Shown: piece after piece, positions 51,137 through 64,000 of the stretch
Numbering within the stretch: position 1 is the stretch's first letter
Layout: the number at the start of each line of letters is the position of its first letter
NCBI GenBank assembly: GCA_013265495.1
Contig: MU057981.1
Location: forward strand, 1-64,000
Origin: Vicugna vicugna
Taxonomy: Eukaryota
Length of the DNA stretch: 64,000 nt
Direction of reading: 5' to 3'
Notes under the pieces: generated by a model
The model's input: only the letters and a program-made list of their open reading frames with translations
Told to the model about the DNA's origin: nothing
Databases searched by the model: none
Translations under genes and position numbers: made by a program

Positions 51137-53564
51137 CTGCATTAAAGCATCAGTTTCAGCAGTTAGATGTGTCAGCTTTCAGAGTCTTCTCTTTGTTCAA
51201 AAAACTGGAGAATGTTTACTTTATAAAAATGGGATCATATTGTGCCTGTTACTCGGTGTCTTGTGTGTTTCTTGGCATCCTTCCTCCAGGTTGCTTCTCT
51301 GAAATTTGTAAACCTGCACACTCCACCAGGGAGCTGTGGTGCCTGTCTTCCAGCAGCTCACCAGCAATGCGAGGAATCAATATTTAAAAATTTGCTAATC
51401 CAAAGATGAATACTGATACCTCATTTTGTTTTAATTTGTATTTTCAACTGACTGTCAGAGATATTACCATTTTTTTACACAGTTTCTGGGATCCATGTTT
51501 CCTCTTTGGTTAATTATCTGTACATGTCTTTACCTATTTTTCTATTGGGTTATTTTCTGGTTTCTTAGAAATTGATAAGAATTATTTCTATATTAGAGAT
51601 GTTAACCCTTTGCCTGCCTTATTTGATGCAATGTGTTCCTCTACTTTTTTGGTACAAAAAATAAAATTCTTTTTTGGATTCAAAAGAATACAGTTGTGCT
51701 TTTAATATTGTTTATGCTGTCCTCTGGCTTGCAAAAGTGCTTAATATTCATTTAGTAAAAAAATATGTATCTTTTCCTCTACTTACTGGATTTTCTGGTA
51801 TATTCTAAAGTTCTCTTCACTCCAAGGTTATAAAATGTTTTCCAAAGTTTTCTGTACTATTTCTGGGAGGGTTCTGTTCTATATCTAAACAATTAGTACA
51901 CCTGAAATTTATTTATTTTTCTCAAGTTTTTATTTTGAAAACTTTTTGAAGCATTTTGCAAAAGACCACATAGATTTTAGAATCAGTACCTTGCCATGTT
52001 TGCTTTCTCATGTCAATATCCATCTAATCCACCCCTCTGTCCATCACTCCATCCTGCTTTGCAGATGCATTTCCAGATAACTTGCAGATATTAGTACATA
52101 TCACCCCTGAACCCTTCAGCGTACATGTTTTTGATGTGAGTTAAATATTTGTTTATAATTCTTTCCTTGTTTAAGATAAAATGTGCCTATCGAGAAGGTT
52201 TCTCTGGATAAGGGGCTCCCTGGAGAGAAACCCAGCCCTCTCTGTTCTGGGCTAGGACCTGTGAGCCCAGTCAGTGCAGGGCCCACATCTGTTTGTTCAT
52301 CAATGTATATCAGGGTTACAAGCTAAAAGGTACAGAACTGGAGAAAAAAATGACATTTTTGGGTGGGAAAAAGCTAACAGTTGGCAACAGAAGCAGTAGG
52401 GAGGGACTGGGACTGGCCAGCTAAAGGGTGTTATCTCCCACTTGGCAACATCCTGATTTTTCTAGAAAAGTCAGATAAGTGAGTTTTTATAGGAAACCTC
52501 CAGATGGATTCTCTGTGGCTAATGAAAGGTTTAAAAATATGGTACTAGGATATGCAAATACTCCATCCAGCTCACAAGTCACCTCTATTTGTGTTCAGTG
52601 TCAGGTGCAAGGTAGACACTAACAGCAACAAAATTGTGCAGGCAAGCCAGCCCCGTGTGCTGGGCGCTGTTTTGGACTCTTGACATGTATTCGCTCATTT
52701 AATCATCAGACCCACCTTGGGAGATAGGTGTTCTTACTACCCCTCATTTTCTGTACCAGGGCATTGAAATGCCAGGATGTTAGGTCACTCACCCAAGACC
52801 ACTCAGTAAGCCGTGGATGGAGCCAGGATCAGGTCTGGGTAGTCTGGCTCCAGAATTAGTGCTTGTAAATTTTATGCTCTAGTTCCTAAAAAACAAAGGC
52901 ACCAGCATGCACAGGCAGACACAGTGTGTACAGGGTAGGAGTGAGTCAACTTCATTTGACCAAAGATTCCAGGTGAAATAAATACCAGCCTGAGCAGTGA
53001 GGACGGACACCCCCTCTTGCCTTACTTCTGCTGCCATATTTCTTGCCTTACTTCTGCTGCCATATTCAGTCTGGGGTGACTGCTGTCCCACTCAGCTTGG
53101 CATCCTGTCCCTTTTAGCATATCTCTTGGATTTTTCAACTTTCACACGAAGTTTTAGAATTTTATTAGAAATAGTTTTTAAATGGAATTTTTATAGTTTT
53201 TAATAAAACCTTTCTGATGAAAAATTTTTAAAAATATAACTTATTTTTAGCACTCCCTTTTTCTTCTCAAGGGGTATCTTCATTTGAATAGCTTTTTATG
53301 ATCACCCTCCCAACGCCCAGCAGAGTACCTGGCACCTGGCAGACAGTCACTATTTGAACTTATCTAAAAAGTGTTCATTACAATACAGAGATCTGTTGAT
53401 TTTATTGGAATAGCAATGCATTAAGATGAGGATAATGTCCATGGAATTACCTGTGTACCATGCTGTTCAGTCTTTGATGGGAGTGTTGCTGGCTCAGGGT
53501 TTTAATTTTTTTAGGAAAAGGAACACAGTATATTGTAAAACAAACAAACAAAAAACAACTTTTC

Positions 53565-55821
53565 ATCTCAACATAATAAAAGCTATATATGACAAACCTA
53601 CAGCCAGCATAGTACTCAACGGCGAAAAACTCAAAAGCTTCCCACTAAAATCTGGGACAAGACAAGGATGCCCACTATCACCCCTTCTATTCAACACAGT
53701 CCTGGAAGTCCTAGCCACAGCAGTTAGGCAAGAGAAAGAAATAAAAGGGATCCAAATTGGAAAAGAAGAGGTAAAAGTGTCATTATATGCTGATGACATG
53801 TTACTATATACAGAAAACCCTAAAAGGTCCACACAAAAGCTACTAGAGCTGATTGAAGAATTCAGCAAGGTAGCAGATTACAAAATTAACGTTCAAAAAT
53901 CAGTTGCATTTCTTTACACTAACGATAAATCAACAGAAAAAGACAGTAAAGAAACAATCCCCTTTAAAATAGCACCAAAAGTAATAAAATATCTGGGAAT
54001 AAATCTAACCAAGGAGGTGAAAGAATTATACACAGAAAACTATAAACCATTGATGAAGGAAATTAAAGAAGACTTTAAAAAATGGAAAGATATTCCATGC
54101 TCTTGGATTGGAAGAATCAATATTGTTAAAATGGTCACACTGCCCAAGGCAATCTACAGATTTAATGCAATCCCTATCCAATTACCCAGGACATATTTCA
54201 CAGAACTAGAACAAATCATAATAAAATTTATATGGAACCATCAAAGACCTAGAATTGCTAAAGCATTACTGAAGAGAAAGAAAGAGGCTGGAGGAATAAC
54301 TCTCCCAGACTTCAGACAATACTATAGAGCTACAGTCATCAAGACAGCATGGTATTGGTACCAAAACAGACATATAGACCAATGGAACAGAATAGAGAGC
54401 CCAGAAATGAACCCACAAACTTTTGGTCAACTCATCTTCGACAAAGGAGGCAAGAATATACAATGGAATAAAGACAGTCTCTTCAGCAAATGGTGTTGGG
54501 AAAACTGGACAGCAGCATGTAAAACAATGAAGCTAGAACACACCCTTACACCATATACAAAAATCAACTCAAAATGGATTAAAGACTTAAACATAAGACA
54601 AGATACAATAAACCTCCTAGAGGAAAACATAGGCAAAACATTATCTGACATACATTTCAAAAATTTTCTCCTAGAAGAAATAAAAGCAAGAATAAACAAA
54701 TGGGACCTAATGAAACTTACAAGCTTCTGCAGAGCAAAGGAAACCAGAAATAAAACAAGAAGAAAACCTACGGAATGGGAGAAAATTTTTGCAAGTGAAA
54801 CCGACAAAGGCTTGATCTCCAAAATATATAAGCAGCTCATACGACTCAATAAGAAAAAAATAAACAACCCAATCCAAAAATGGGCAGAAGACCTAAACAA
54901 GCAATTCTCCAAGGAAGACATACAAATGATCAAAAAGCACATGAAAAAATGCTCAATATCACTAATTATCAGAGAAATGCAAATCAAAACTACAATGAGG
55001 TATCACCTCACACCAGTCAGAATGGCCGTCATTCAAAAATCCACAAATGACAAATGCTGGAGAGGCTGTGGAGAAAGGGGAACCCTCCTACACTGCTGGT
55101 GGGAATGCAGTTTGGTGCAGCCACTATGGAAAACAGTGTGGAGATTCCTCAAAAGACTAGGAACAGACTTACCATATGACCCAGGAATCCCACTCCTGGG
55201 CTTGTATCCAGAAGGAAATCTACTTCAGGATGACACCTGCACTCCAATGTTCATAGCAGCACTATTTACAATAGCCAAAACATGGAAACAGCCTAAATGT
55301 CCATCAATAGGTGACTGGATAAAGAAGAAGTGGTATATTTATACAATGGAATACTACTCAGCCATAAAAACCGACAACATAATGCCATTTGCAGCAACAT
55401 GGATGCTCCTGGAGAATGTCATTCTAAGTGAAGTAAGCCAGAAAGAGAAAGAAAAATACCATATGAGATTGCTCATATGTGGAATCTAAAAAACAAAAAC
55501 AAAAACAAACAAACAAACAAAAACAAAGCGTAAATACAGGACAGAAATAGACTCATGGACAGAGAATACAGACTTGTGGTTACCAGGGGGTTAGAGGGTG
55601 GGAAGAGATAGACTGGGATTTCAAAATTGTAGAATAGATAAACAAGATTACACTGTATAGCACAGGGAAATATACACAAAATGTTATGATAAATCACAGA
55701 GAAAAAAATGTGACAATGAGTGTGTATATGTCCATGAATGACTGAAAAATTTTGCTGAACCCTGGAATTTGACACAAAATTGTAAAATGATTATAAATCA
55801 ATAAAAAATGTTAAAAAAAAA
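53565..55821 (+). mobile_element. Young 5'-truncated L1 (uninterrupted ORF2 C-terminal ~640 codons, 3'UTR, A tail)
   Basis: Open ORF2 from [12 protein letters not shown] through [16 protein letters not shown] and the C-terminal Cys/His region to the stop at 55489; flanking duplication caacttttc at 53556-53564 and 55825-55833. Confidence 0.97.
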
Positions 55822-57278
55822 CCCCAACTTTTCCTCAGGTATTCTTTTTTAAGACTCTCACAGCATTACTGTTAAATTTATATTTTGAAATATGCATATA
55901 GAAAATTATTTTTTAAAATAGCTTATTGAGTTATAAATAACATCACCATTACTTTTTGAATATTATGCAGGAAGACAGTCAAACAGACTGCCTATCCCCT
56001 GTTGTGTGTACAAAAAACAGTTTCTGTGGATATTTTTCTATGTGTAAAATCATATGGGCTTTTATAAATATTGTTTCTAACAGCTCTATATTTGTAAATT
56101 AATTTATAACATGAACTGGGACAATTTTTTTTTTCTCCCAAGAAAGCACACTGCATGCTGGAAATCACATGAAATAAACTTCAAGTAGGATGACCTTTGG
56201 CCACCTGTAGGCATTACAAAAAAAAAAAAGTGCACAAATCTTCATCTGACTGTTCTTTATGACTGAATTCCTGCATTCTGTTGATTCTTATTTTGTGGTT
56301 GGCTTTATTCCTTTGCTATGTAAGCTTTAAAAGCTAAAGCTCGAATCTGTTCTTAGAAACAATGAACAGTACATATATGTAAATTTTAACATCGTTTTCT
56401 CTCTCAATGAGTTGCTCCTCCTAGAATAAACTTTGTTTACCACCCCCCTAAAAAGTGCACAAATTTGAAGCGTACATTGCAGAGTTTTAATGAATGCATC
56501 CAACTGTGCAACCCCAAATCCTGTCAAGGTCCAGAACATTATCCTCAGACCAGAAATCTCTCTCATGTCCCTCCCCTGCCCCACACCGAGGCACCCACTG
56601 TTGTGACTTTTTTCAACCATAGGTTTGTTTTGCCTGTTCTAGAACTCGACGTAAGTAGAATCAGGATGCTCTTCATGACTGTCTGCTTTCCCTTAGCGGT
56701 CTCCGTGTGAGATTCAGTCAGTGCTGTGCGTGGAAGGAGTCTGTTCTTATTTACTGGAGCATTCCATCACTTCTCCATTCTCTTGTTGAGAGACACCAGG
56801 GCTATTCTTAAATATGTCTTTGCATGTGTGTCAGGACATAAATTCTTACCCTGTTTTCATACAAGTGAGTAGACAATTTTGCCATCATTTATAAAAGATA
56901 GTTTCTATATTTTATTGGATTACATGTCATCCCTGTCGTATGTTAAGTTCCTTATATCAACTTTGATTCTCAGTTCTGCTCCATTGATCTATTTCTTCTT
57001 ATGCCCAACCATATTATTCTGATTATAATAAGTTTATCAGAAGTTTTACTATCTGTATTATTCTGATTGTAATCATTTTAGCAAGAGTTTTATTGTTTAG
57101 GTAAAGTAAGTTATTTCTCATTTTTTAAAAGAAAATTCTTGGCTCTTTTCAAATATCTTTTCTTTCAAGTGTAATTTAAGATCGCTTTGTTCTGTTCCAA
57201 AACATGCACACACACATATACACTCACATATGGATTTTGAATAGAACTTTATTCTACATTTGGAATGATCAAACTTTT

Positions 57279-59153
57279 TTTTTCTCAAATAGTAACTTTT
57301 ATTTTTTAAACATTTTTTTATTGATTTATAACCATTTTACAATGTTGTGTCAAATTCCAGGGTTCAGCACAATTTTTCAGTCATTCATGGACATATACAC
57401 ACTCATTGTCACATTTTTTTTCTGTGAGTTATCATAACATTTTGTGTATATTTCCCTGTGCTATACAGTGTAATCTTGTTTATCTATTCTACAATTTTGA
57501 AATCCCAGTCTATCCCTTCCCACCCTCCGCCCTCCTGGTAACCACAAGTCTGCATTCTCTGTCTGTGAGTCTATTTCTGTCCTGTATTTACGCTTTGTTT
57601 TTGTTTGTTTGTTTGTTTTTGTTTTCGTTTTTTAGATTCCACATATGAGCGATCTCATATGGTATTTTTCTTTCTCTTTCTGGCTTACTTCACTTAGAAT
57701 GACATTCTCCAGGAGCATCCATGTTGCTGCAAATGGCATTATGTTGTCGGTTTTTATGGCTGAATAGTATTCCATTGTATAAATATACCACATCTTCTTT
57801 ATCCAGTCACCTGTTGATGGACATTTAGGCTGTTTCCATGTTTTGGCTATTGTAAATAGTGCTGCTATGAACATTGGGGTGCAGGTGTCATCCTGAAGTA
57901 GATTTCCTTCTGGATACAAGCCCAGGAGTGGGATGCCTGGGTCATATGGTAAGTCTATTCCTAGTCTTTTGAGGAATCTCCACACTGTTTTCCACAGTGG
58001 CTGCACCAAACTGCATTCCCACCAGCAGTGTAGGAGGGTTCCCCTTTCTCCACAGCCTCTCCAGCATTTGTCATTTGTGGATTTTTGAATGACGGCCATT
58101 CTGACTGGTGTGAGGTGATACCTCATTGTAGTTTTGATTTGCATTTCTCTGATAATTAGTGATATTGAACATTTTTTCATGTGCTTTTTGATCATTTGTA
58201 TGTCTTCCTTGGAGAATTGCTTGTTTAGGTCTTCTGCCCATTTTTGGATTGGGTTGTTTATTTTTTTCTTATTGAGTCGTATGAGCTGCTTATATATTTT
58301 GGAGATCAAGCCTTTGTCGGTTTCACTTGCAAAAATTTTCTCCCATTCCGTAGGTTTTCTTCTTGTTTTATTTCTGGTTTCCTTTGCTCTGCAGAAGCTT
58401 GTAAGTTTCATTAGGTCCCATTTGTTTATTCTTGCTTTTATTTCTTCTAGGAGAAAATTTTTGAAATGTATGTCAGATAATGTTTTGCCTATGTTTTCCT
58501 CTAGGAGGTTTATTGTATCTTGTCTTATGTTTAAGTCTTTAATCCATTTTGAGTTGATTTTTGTATATGGTGTAAGGGTGTGTTCTAGCTTCATTGTTTT
58601 ACATGCTGCTGTCCAGTTTTCCCAACACCATTTGCTGAAGAGACTGTCTTTATTCCATTGTATATTCTTGCCTCCTTTGTCGAAGATGAGTTGACCAAAA
58701 GTTTGTGGGTTCATTTCTGGGCTCTCTATTCTGTTCCATTGGTCTATATGTCTGTTTTGGTACCAATACCATGCTGTCTTGATGACTGTAGCTCTATAGT
58801 ATTGTCTGAAGTCTGGGAGAGTTATTCCTCCAGCCTCTTTCTTTCTCTTCAGTAATGCTTTAGCAATTCTAGGTCTTTGATGGTTCCATATAAATTTTAT
58901 TATGATTTGTTCTAGTTCTGTGAAATATGTCCTGGGTAATTGGATAGGGATTGCATTAAATCTGTAGATTGCCTTGGGCAGTGTGACCATTTTAACAATA
59001 TTGATTCTTCCAATCCAAGAGCATGGAATATCTTTCCATTTTTTAAAGTCTTCTTTAATTTCCTTCATCAATGGTTTATAGTTTTCTGTGTATAATTCTT
59101 TCACCTCCTTGGTTCGATTTATTCCCAGATATTTTATTACTTTGGGTGCTATC
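57279..59153 (-). mobile_element. Young 5'-truncated L1, near-identical to 53565-55821
   Basis: Open ORF2 C-terminus (57632-59150); 17-bp TSD ggaatgatcaaactttt at 57262-57278 and 59154-59170; TT|AAAA endonuclease site. Confidence 0.97.
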
Positions 59154-60319
59154 GGAATGATCAAACTTTTAATGACCCTGAGTCACCTAAATACTAATGT
59201 GAACCAAATACATGGTATGTACATGCTTTACACTGGAAGTTTCTTAGGTGGAAGTTTCCCCACATTATTTTCCTGCACACGTTACTTAGATCATTGGTTG
59301 TGGTTTTGTAAATGTTTCTTCTGAATGATAAAGCTTATAAACTCCTCAACCTAAGAGCTTTTGGGACCCTTCACATTTTATCATATTATTCTTCATGCTC
59401 TGCCTTTTATTCAAAAATAGAGAAAATGATCATGTGTGTTTCTAAAAACAGTTTATTCATAAAGGAAATATTTATTGATCATCTACTATATGCCAATGCT
59501 GGACCACAAGCTAGAGGCACAATGAGGATTGTAAAGAGACAGCATTACTGTTCTTACATCCTCACATTTGAATGAGGAAAGGGAAGGTGAATCAGACACA
59601 TACACAAATAAGGGCATAATCACCAGTTGAGATAAGAATCCTTGTGTTCTGTGACAGCATGAATAAAACAATAAGAAAAATAATCTGACTCTATCTAGGG
59701 GAATTAAGGAAGGCATCCAGAGGAGGAGCTAGTGCTCCAGCAGGTATTTGAAGAATAAGTCATCCAAATGAATGGGGCAGATTAGAGCACTGAGAAACAT
59801 AGCAGCACATACGAAGGCCCTGTGGCCAGAGGGAACATGAAATTTTAGAGGAGCTGAGAGAAGATCTCATTGCTTGGCATTTGGTTAAAGAAAGGGAAAT
59901 GGACCTAGGATGTCAGTAGCAGTTACAAGCAGAGCCTCCCAGATCCTTGTGATGGAATTTACAGCCTTAGACCAAGGGGGGTCATTCAAAGGCTATGTGT
60001 GTATGTGTGTGTGCAGATGGACACACATCATCCAAAAGTGAAGGGTTTGCACTTTAGAAAAATAACCTGGTTTTTCTCTGGCTTTCCCTTTCCAATCTCT
60101 TCCCTTTCTTCTACACAAACAAAACACAAACATTCTTGGCTTTCTTCTTTCACCAAAAAGCCATCTGGCAGGCCTAATAAAAGTAGATGTCCTGAGTTAG
60201 GGAGGCAAGCCCTAGGAGGGATTGAGAACCCCATGGAAGGGGGATGGAAACCCAGCCAGCTTGGGAAATTAGCTATACACAGGGATACTGAGAAACATAT
60301 TGGGGAAATGGGAGCTTTT

Positions 60320-61470
60320 GGAAAAGGAGGTTTGAATATGGAAAGCATGAAAGCTAGAATGAATTACATGATGTTGAATTGGAATTGGAGGTATCAGTGT
60401 GAACTTGTGGTTTTCAATATGTAAAGAGATAGAGAAATAAATATGAGAGGGGAGTGTCTCAAGCAATGGCACCTGTGTAGGAAAGAGGTCACCTGGCTCT
60501 CAGATCTTGGATTCTATATTCTTTTCTGTACTAAAAGCAACCAGAGCTCATTAGAGGAATGACCCCTTCCAGAGCTTGGGCAGGGGAAGTATGAGATGAG
60601 TTAGTACATATTTTTTGTGCCAGAAAGTAATAAAGTATGCAAAGAATGATGGGAATATGTCAGAAGACCACAATACCCAGCTTGAAGGGCTCCCCAGTGT
60701 CCAAATATGGGATAATCTAAGCCTCAAAATATATAATGATTGCAACAGATATAAACTTTGAATAAGATAGGAATGATGGAGTCAACACTGATATGAATAT
60801 AAATGAATTAAAAAAATAAAGAAAAGATAAAGCTTTCCCTGAATAGTGTAAAGAATGATGTTATTAGAAAATCACTATTTGGTGACCATCAGATTAACAG
60901 TAAAGAAACATCAATGGATGCTAATACTTGGGGTGAAACTGAGGAGAGAAATGGGGTTTTACATAGCCTCAAACTATTTCCTCCCAAAATATTTATTACA
61001 GAAAAGGAGACAGTAACCTTACAGAGATGTCTGGTCACATCATCTGAATTAAATGATCAGTGTTCACACCATCAATGATGGAATAAGTAGACATCGTGTG
61101 CCCCTTGAGTGGATGCAGTGAAAGAACATGGCATTTGAGATACACTGTTCAAAATGTATAACTTAGTCTTACCATGAAGAAACATCAGAATAACTAAAAT
61201 TGAGATACATTCTGTTAAATGCCTAACCTATAATCTTAACATTTCAAGGTCATGGACATTAAGGAGACTGGCAACTGCTCCAGATGAAGGGCATTAGAGA
61301 GGCATGAAAACTGGGTAATACATGTGATCCCTAAAAAGGCATTTCTGTGATGATTGTTAAAAGCTAGAATGAAGTGTCTGGGTGAGGAGTGTACAGGCAG
61401 TCTTTGTAGTATTCTTGAAATTTTTCTAGAGATTGAAACTGTCTCAAAATAAAATATTTTTAAAAAACAT
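60320..61470 (+). mobile_element. Ancient L1 (L1MC/MD-type) 3' region
   Basis: gatgttgaattggaattggaggtatcagtgtgaac, agaaaatcactatttgg, aagaaacatcaatggatgcta, gtctttgtagtattcttg. Confidence 0.65.
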
Positions 61471-62859
61471 TTATCCTGGCTGCCATGTGGAGAATGGATG
61501 GGAGCAGCAACAGTAGAAGCAAGTTGTGTCAGGAAGTCCCGGGGCAGTGTTGGTGAATGAAGCTCAGAGGGATCGGGGAGAAACATGGAAAACAGTAGAG
61601 GGTGATGCTTAGGGGTGAGGGTGACAGAGGTCCAAGGATGACACCTGGTATCTGGCCTGTGCCTCTGGATGGATGATGGTGCCATTCTCTGAAAAGGAGG
61701 ATTCTGGAAAGGAACTGATTGGAAGAATAGGAGGGTTGGGAGTAAATTGTGGGTTTTGTTTAAAGCAGTGTTTCTCAAATTTTGGTGGGTATCAGATTTA
61801 CCGGGAGAGCTAATAAGGAACCCGGAGGCACAGACTCACTGAAGTAGAATATGGTCTGGGCCTTTGCCTTCTTTCCAAGATTTCCCAGGTGGTTCTGATA
61901 CAAAATTTCTGATGAAGACACTTGTTTAGAACATTTTGATGTTTATGTGCTGGCAGGATACCCAAGCAGAGCTGCTGAATAGGCAGCTGGAAACACGAGT
62001 TTGGAGCATGGAGAAGAAGCCCAAACGAAGACGTATATTTAGGAGTCCTTACATCGGTGAATCAGATTGGGGGTGGGGGTGGTAAATGTACATGACTTGG
62101 GAGAGGGTAGAGTGACAAAGGGCCTCGTTCTGAGCATGAAGAAGCCAAACACTGACCAATACAAATGTATATAAAGTAGGAGGCATGGATGCCTGGCTAT
62201 CCCTTCCCTCTAGAGAGGCAATTACTAAGAATTTGATGTAACTCCTACCCCATCATTTTGCAGAGCAGGGATCCAAGGCCTAGAAGGGTCAAATGAGTTA
62301 CTCCGTCACATAGCTTATGAGTGCAGCTTTGGCCCTTCTGTCCAGGTATGCAGACTCCGAGTCCAGTGCTCAGGACATCTTGGCTCCCTCTCTGGTCCCA
62401 CAGTGTGCCTGACTCCCTTCCCAACATGGGTCATTTGTGATGTCCCAGAAAGCCTATTTCTCTGTCTTTTCTCCCTGTTCCTCCCAAAGACCCAGCAAAA
62501 GGTTATCTTTAGAGTCCAAGTCAGCTGTCATCTTTGTCAGCTGGCTCTGCTGGCCTTGGGTTGATGCACATGGAGACCAGGCCATATCGTACCCACCTCC
62601 ACCCCATCTTCAGACAGAGGTGGGCAGGCTATTAACTTTCATTCATCTATTGATTTTCTTCAGCTCTACTTATTTACATTTTTTATGGTTAGTCCAGAAT
62701 GTATATATAAACACATATACATATATAATGTATTATACACGTGTACATGTATTATATATGTGTAATGTATTATATACATACATCATATACATGTATATAT
62801 GTGAGTGTTTTGTTTTTCAGTTTTTCACAGTCTACTTAGGGTTAATATTGTACCACTTT

Positions 62860-63960
62860 ATGTAGAATGTGAAACAACATAATCAAAACATACAGGTACA
62901 TTTACCACCCCCATCCCTGCTGTCCTTTATGTTATAATATCCATATGTCTTACAAGACAGTCATACACTTTTTCCTTTAAGCATTTGTATATATTTTAAA
63001 GATAGTGAGAGGAAAATATTTTATACTTACTCACAATAGTTACTGTTTCTCCTGCTCTTCCTTCATTCTTTAAGATCCAAGGATTCCTTTAATCTGAAAA
63101 ACTTCCTTTAGTATCTCTTATCATGCAGGTCTTTGGGCAATATATTCTCTAAGTTTTCCTTTATCAGATAAATGTCTGTATTTTGCATTCATTCATGAAA
63201 GGTATTTTTGTTGGATGTACAAGTCCAGGTTTACAGTTTTTTTTTTCTTTCAGCATTTTAGAGACATTATCTCATTGTCTTCTGGTTGCCATGGTTTCTG
63301 ATGAGGAATCCCACAGTCATTTGAATCGTTCTGAGATAGATACAGATATAGTTATAAAGATATAGTGATTTTTCTCTAGCCACTTTCAAGACTTTCTCAT
63401 TATTTTTCAGTTTTAGCCTGACTATGATGTGCTTTTTTACTCCCAGTACATCTTGTTTGAGATACTCTAAGATTCTTAAATCTGTAAATCTATGTCTTTC
63501 AGTATTATTTGGGAATTTTTCAACCACAATTCTCCAAATATTATTTCCTGTCCCTTTTTTCCCCTCCTTCCAGGACTATAGTTACCTTGTGTAGATCTTG
63601 AGAAATTGTCCCACAGTTCCTGAGGCTTTGTTCATTATTTTCCTCATTTTTTTCTTTCCCTCAGATCTATGTTTAAATTCATTGATTCATTTGCTATCTC
63701 CATTCTGCTAAAAAAGAAAAAGTCCCTCAAGAGACTTCTTTCTGATATTGTGTATTTTAGCTCTACACTTTTTTAATAATCTCTTTTTATATTTTCTAAT
63801 TCTCAGCTGAGTTGTCTTATGTCTCATCATAAGCATATTTTTCTTTATGTCATTGAACATAGTCATAATAGGTGCTATTGTAAGTCTGAGTCATCTTCCG
63901 GTTGGCATCTTTTTTTTCCCTATGGAAGTGAGTCACAATTCTCTGACATTTATAAAGCCA
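62860..63960 (-). mobile_element. Ancient L1 internal fragment
   Basis: ORF1-like remnant (HIIVRLKLKNNEKVLKVAREK, 63267-63527) and antisense T-rich L1 motifs. Confidence 0.65.
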
Positions 63961-64000
63961 AAACTGATCTTTGAGCCAGAAAACATGGTTTGAGTCCTGA

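Noticed and set aside
54427..58694. Identical 186-aa antisense ORFs (54427-54987 and 58134-58694)
   Set aside because: Antisense frame of L1 ORF2, duplicated only because the two L1s are near-identical
53565..59153. Single twin-primed or inverted L1 insertion
   Set aside because: Both copies have complete 3' ends and separate target-site duplications, with 1.5 kb of unrelated spacer

Overview
Mammalian genomic DNA, almost certainly camelid (Vic-1-type tRNA-derived SINE at 25.3 kb; young camelid-type L1s). I see no intact host protein-coding gene. The window looks like a mosaic duplication block. (i) A minus-strand RALGDS-like gene relic (2.2-3.5 kb; GTG where ATG is expected, most of the REM domain missing, no RasGEF domain) sits between two ~1 kb direct repeats. 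(ii) An ERV LTR is rearranged into a fold-back palindrome (5.6-6.3 kb). (iii) An orphan CpG island lies at 7.4-8.2 kb. (iv) A tandemly duplicated module follows, made of a GC-rich ~160-180 bp repeat array with internal orientation flips joined to an L1 3' end (8.2-15.0 kb). (v) An AT-rich, TE-rich stretch runs from 15 to 29 kb. (vi) An intron-retaining EPHB1 pseudogene segment has three exons (30419-30541, 41940-42186, 49745-49951) with frameshifts and destroyed kinase motifs. (vii) Two young, near-identical L1 3' fragments are inserted tail-to-tail 1.5 kb apart (53.6-59.2 kb), one carrying a short 3' transduction. Homology calls come from recalled protein and repeat sequences, not database searches. 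Repeat boundaries and identities are estimates by eye.
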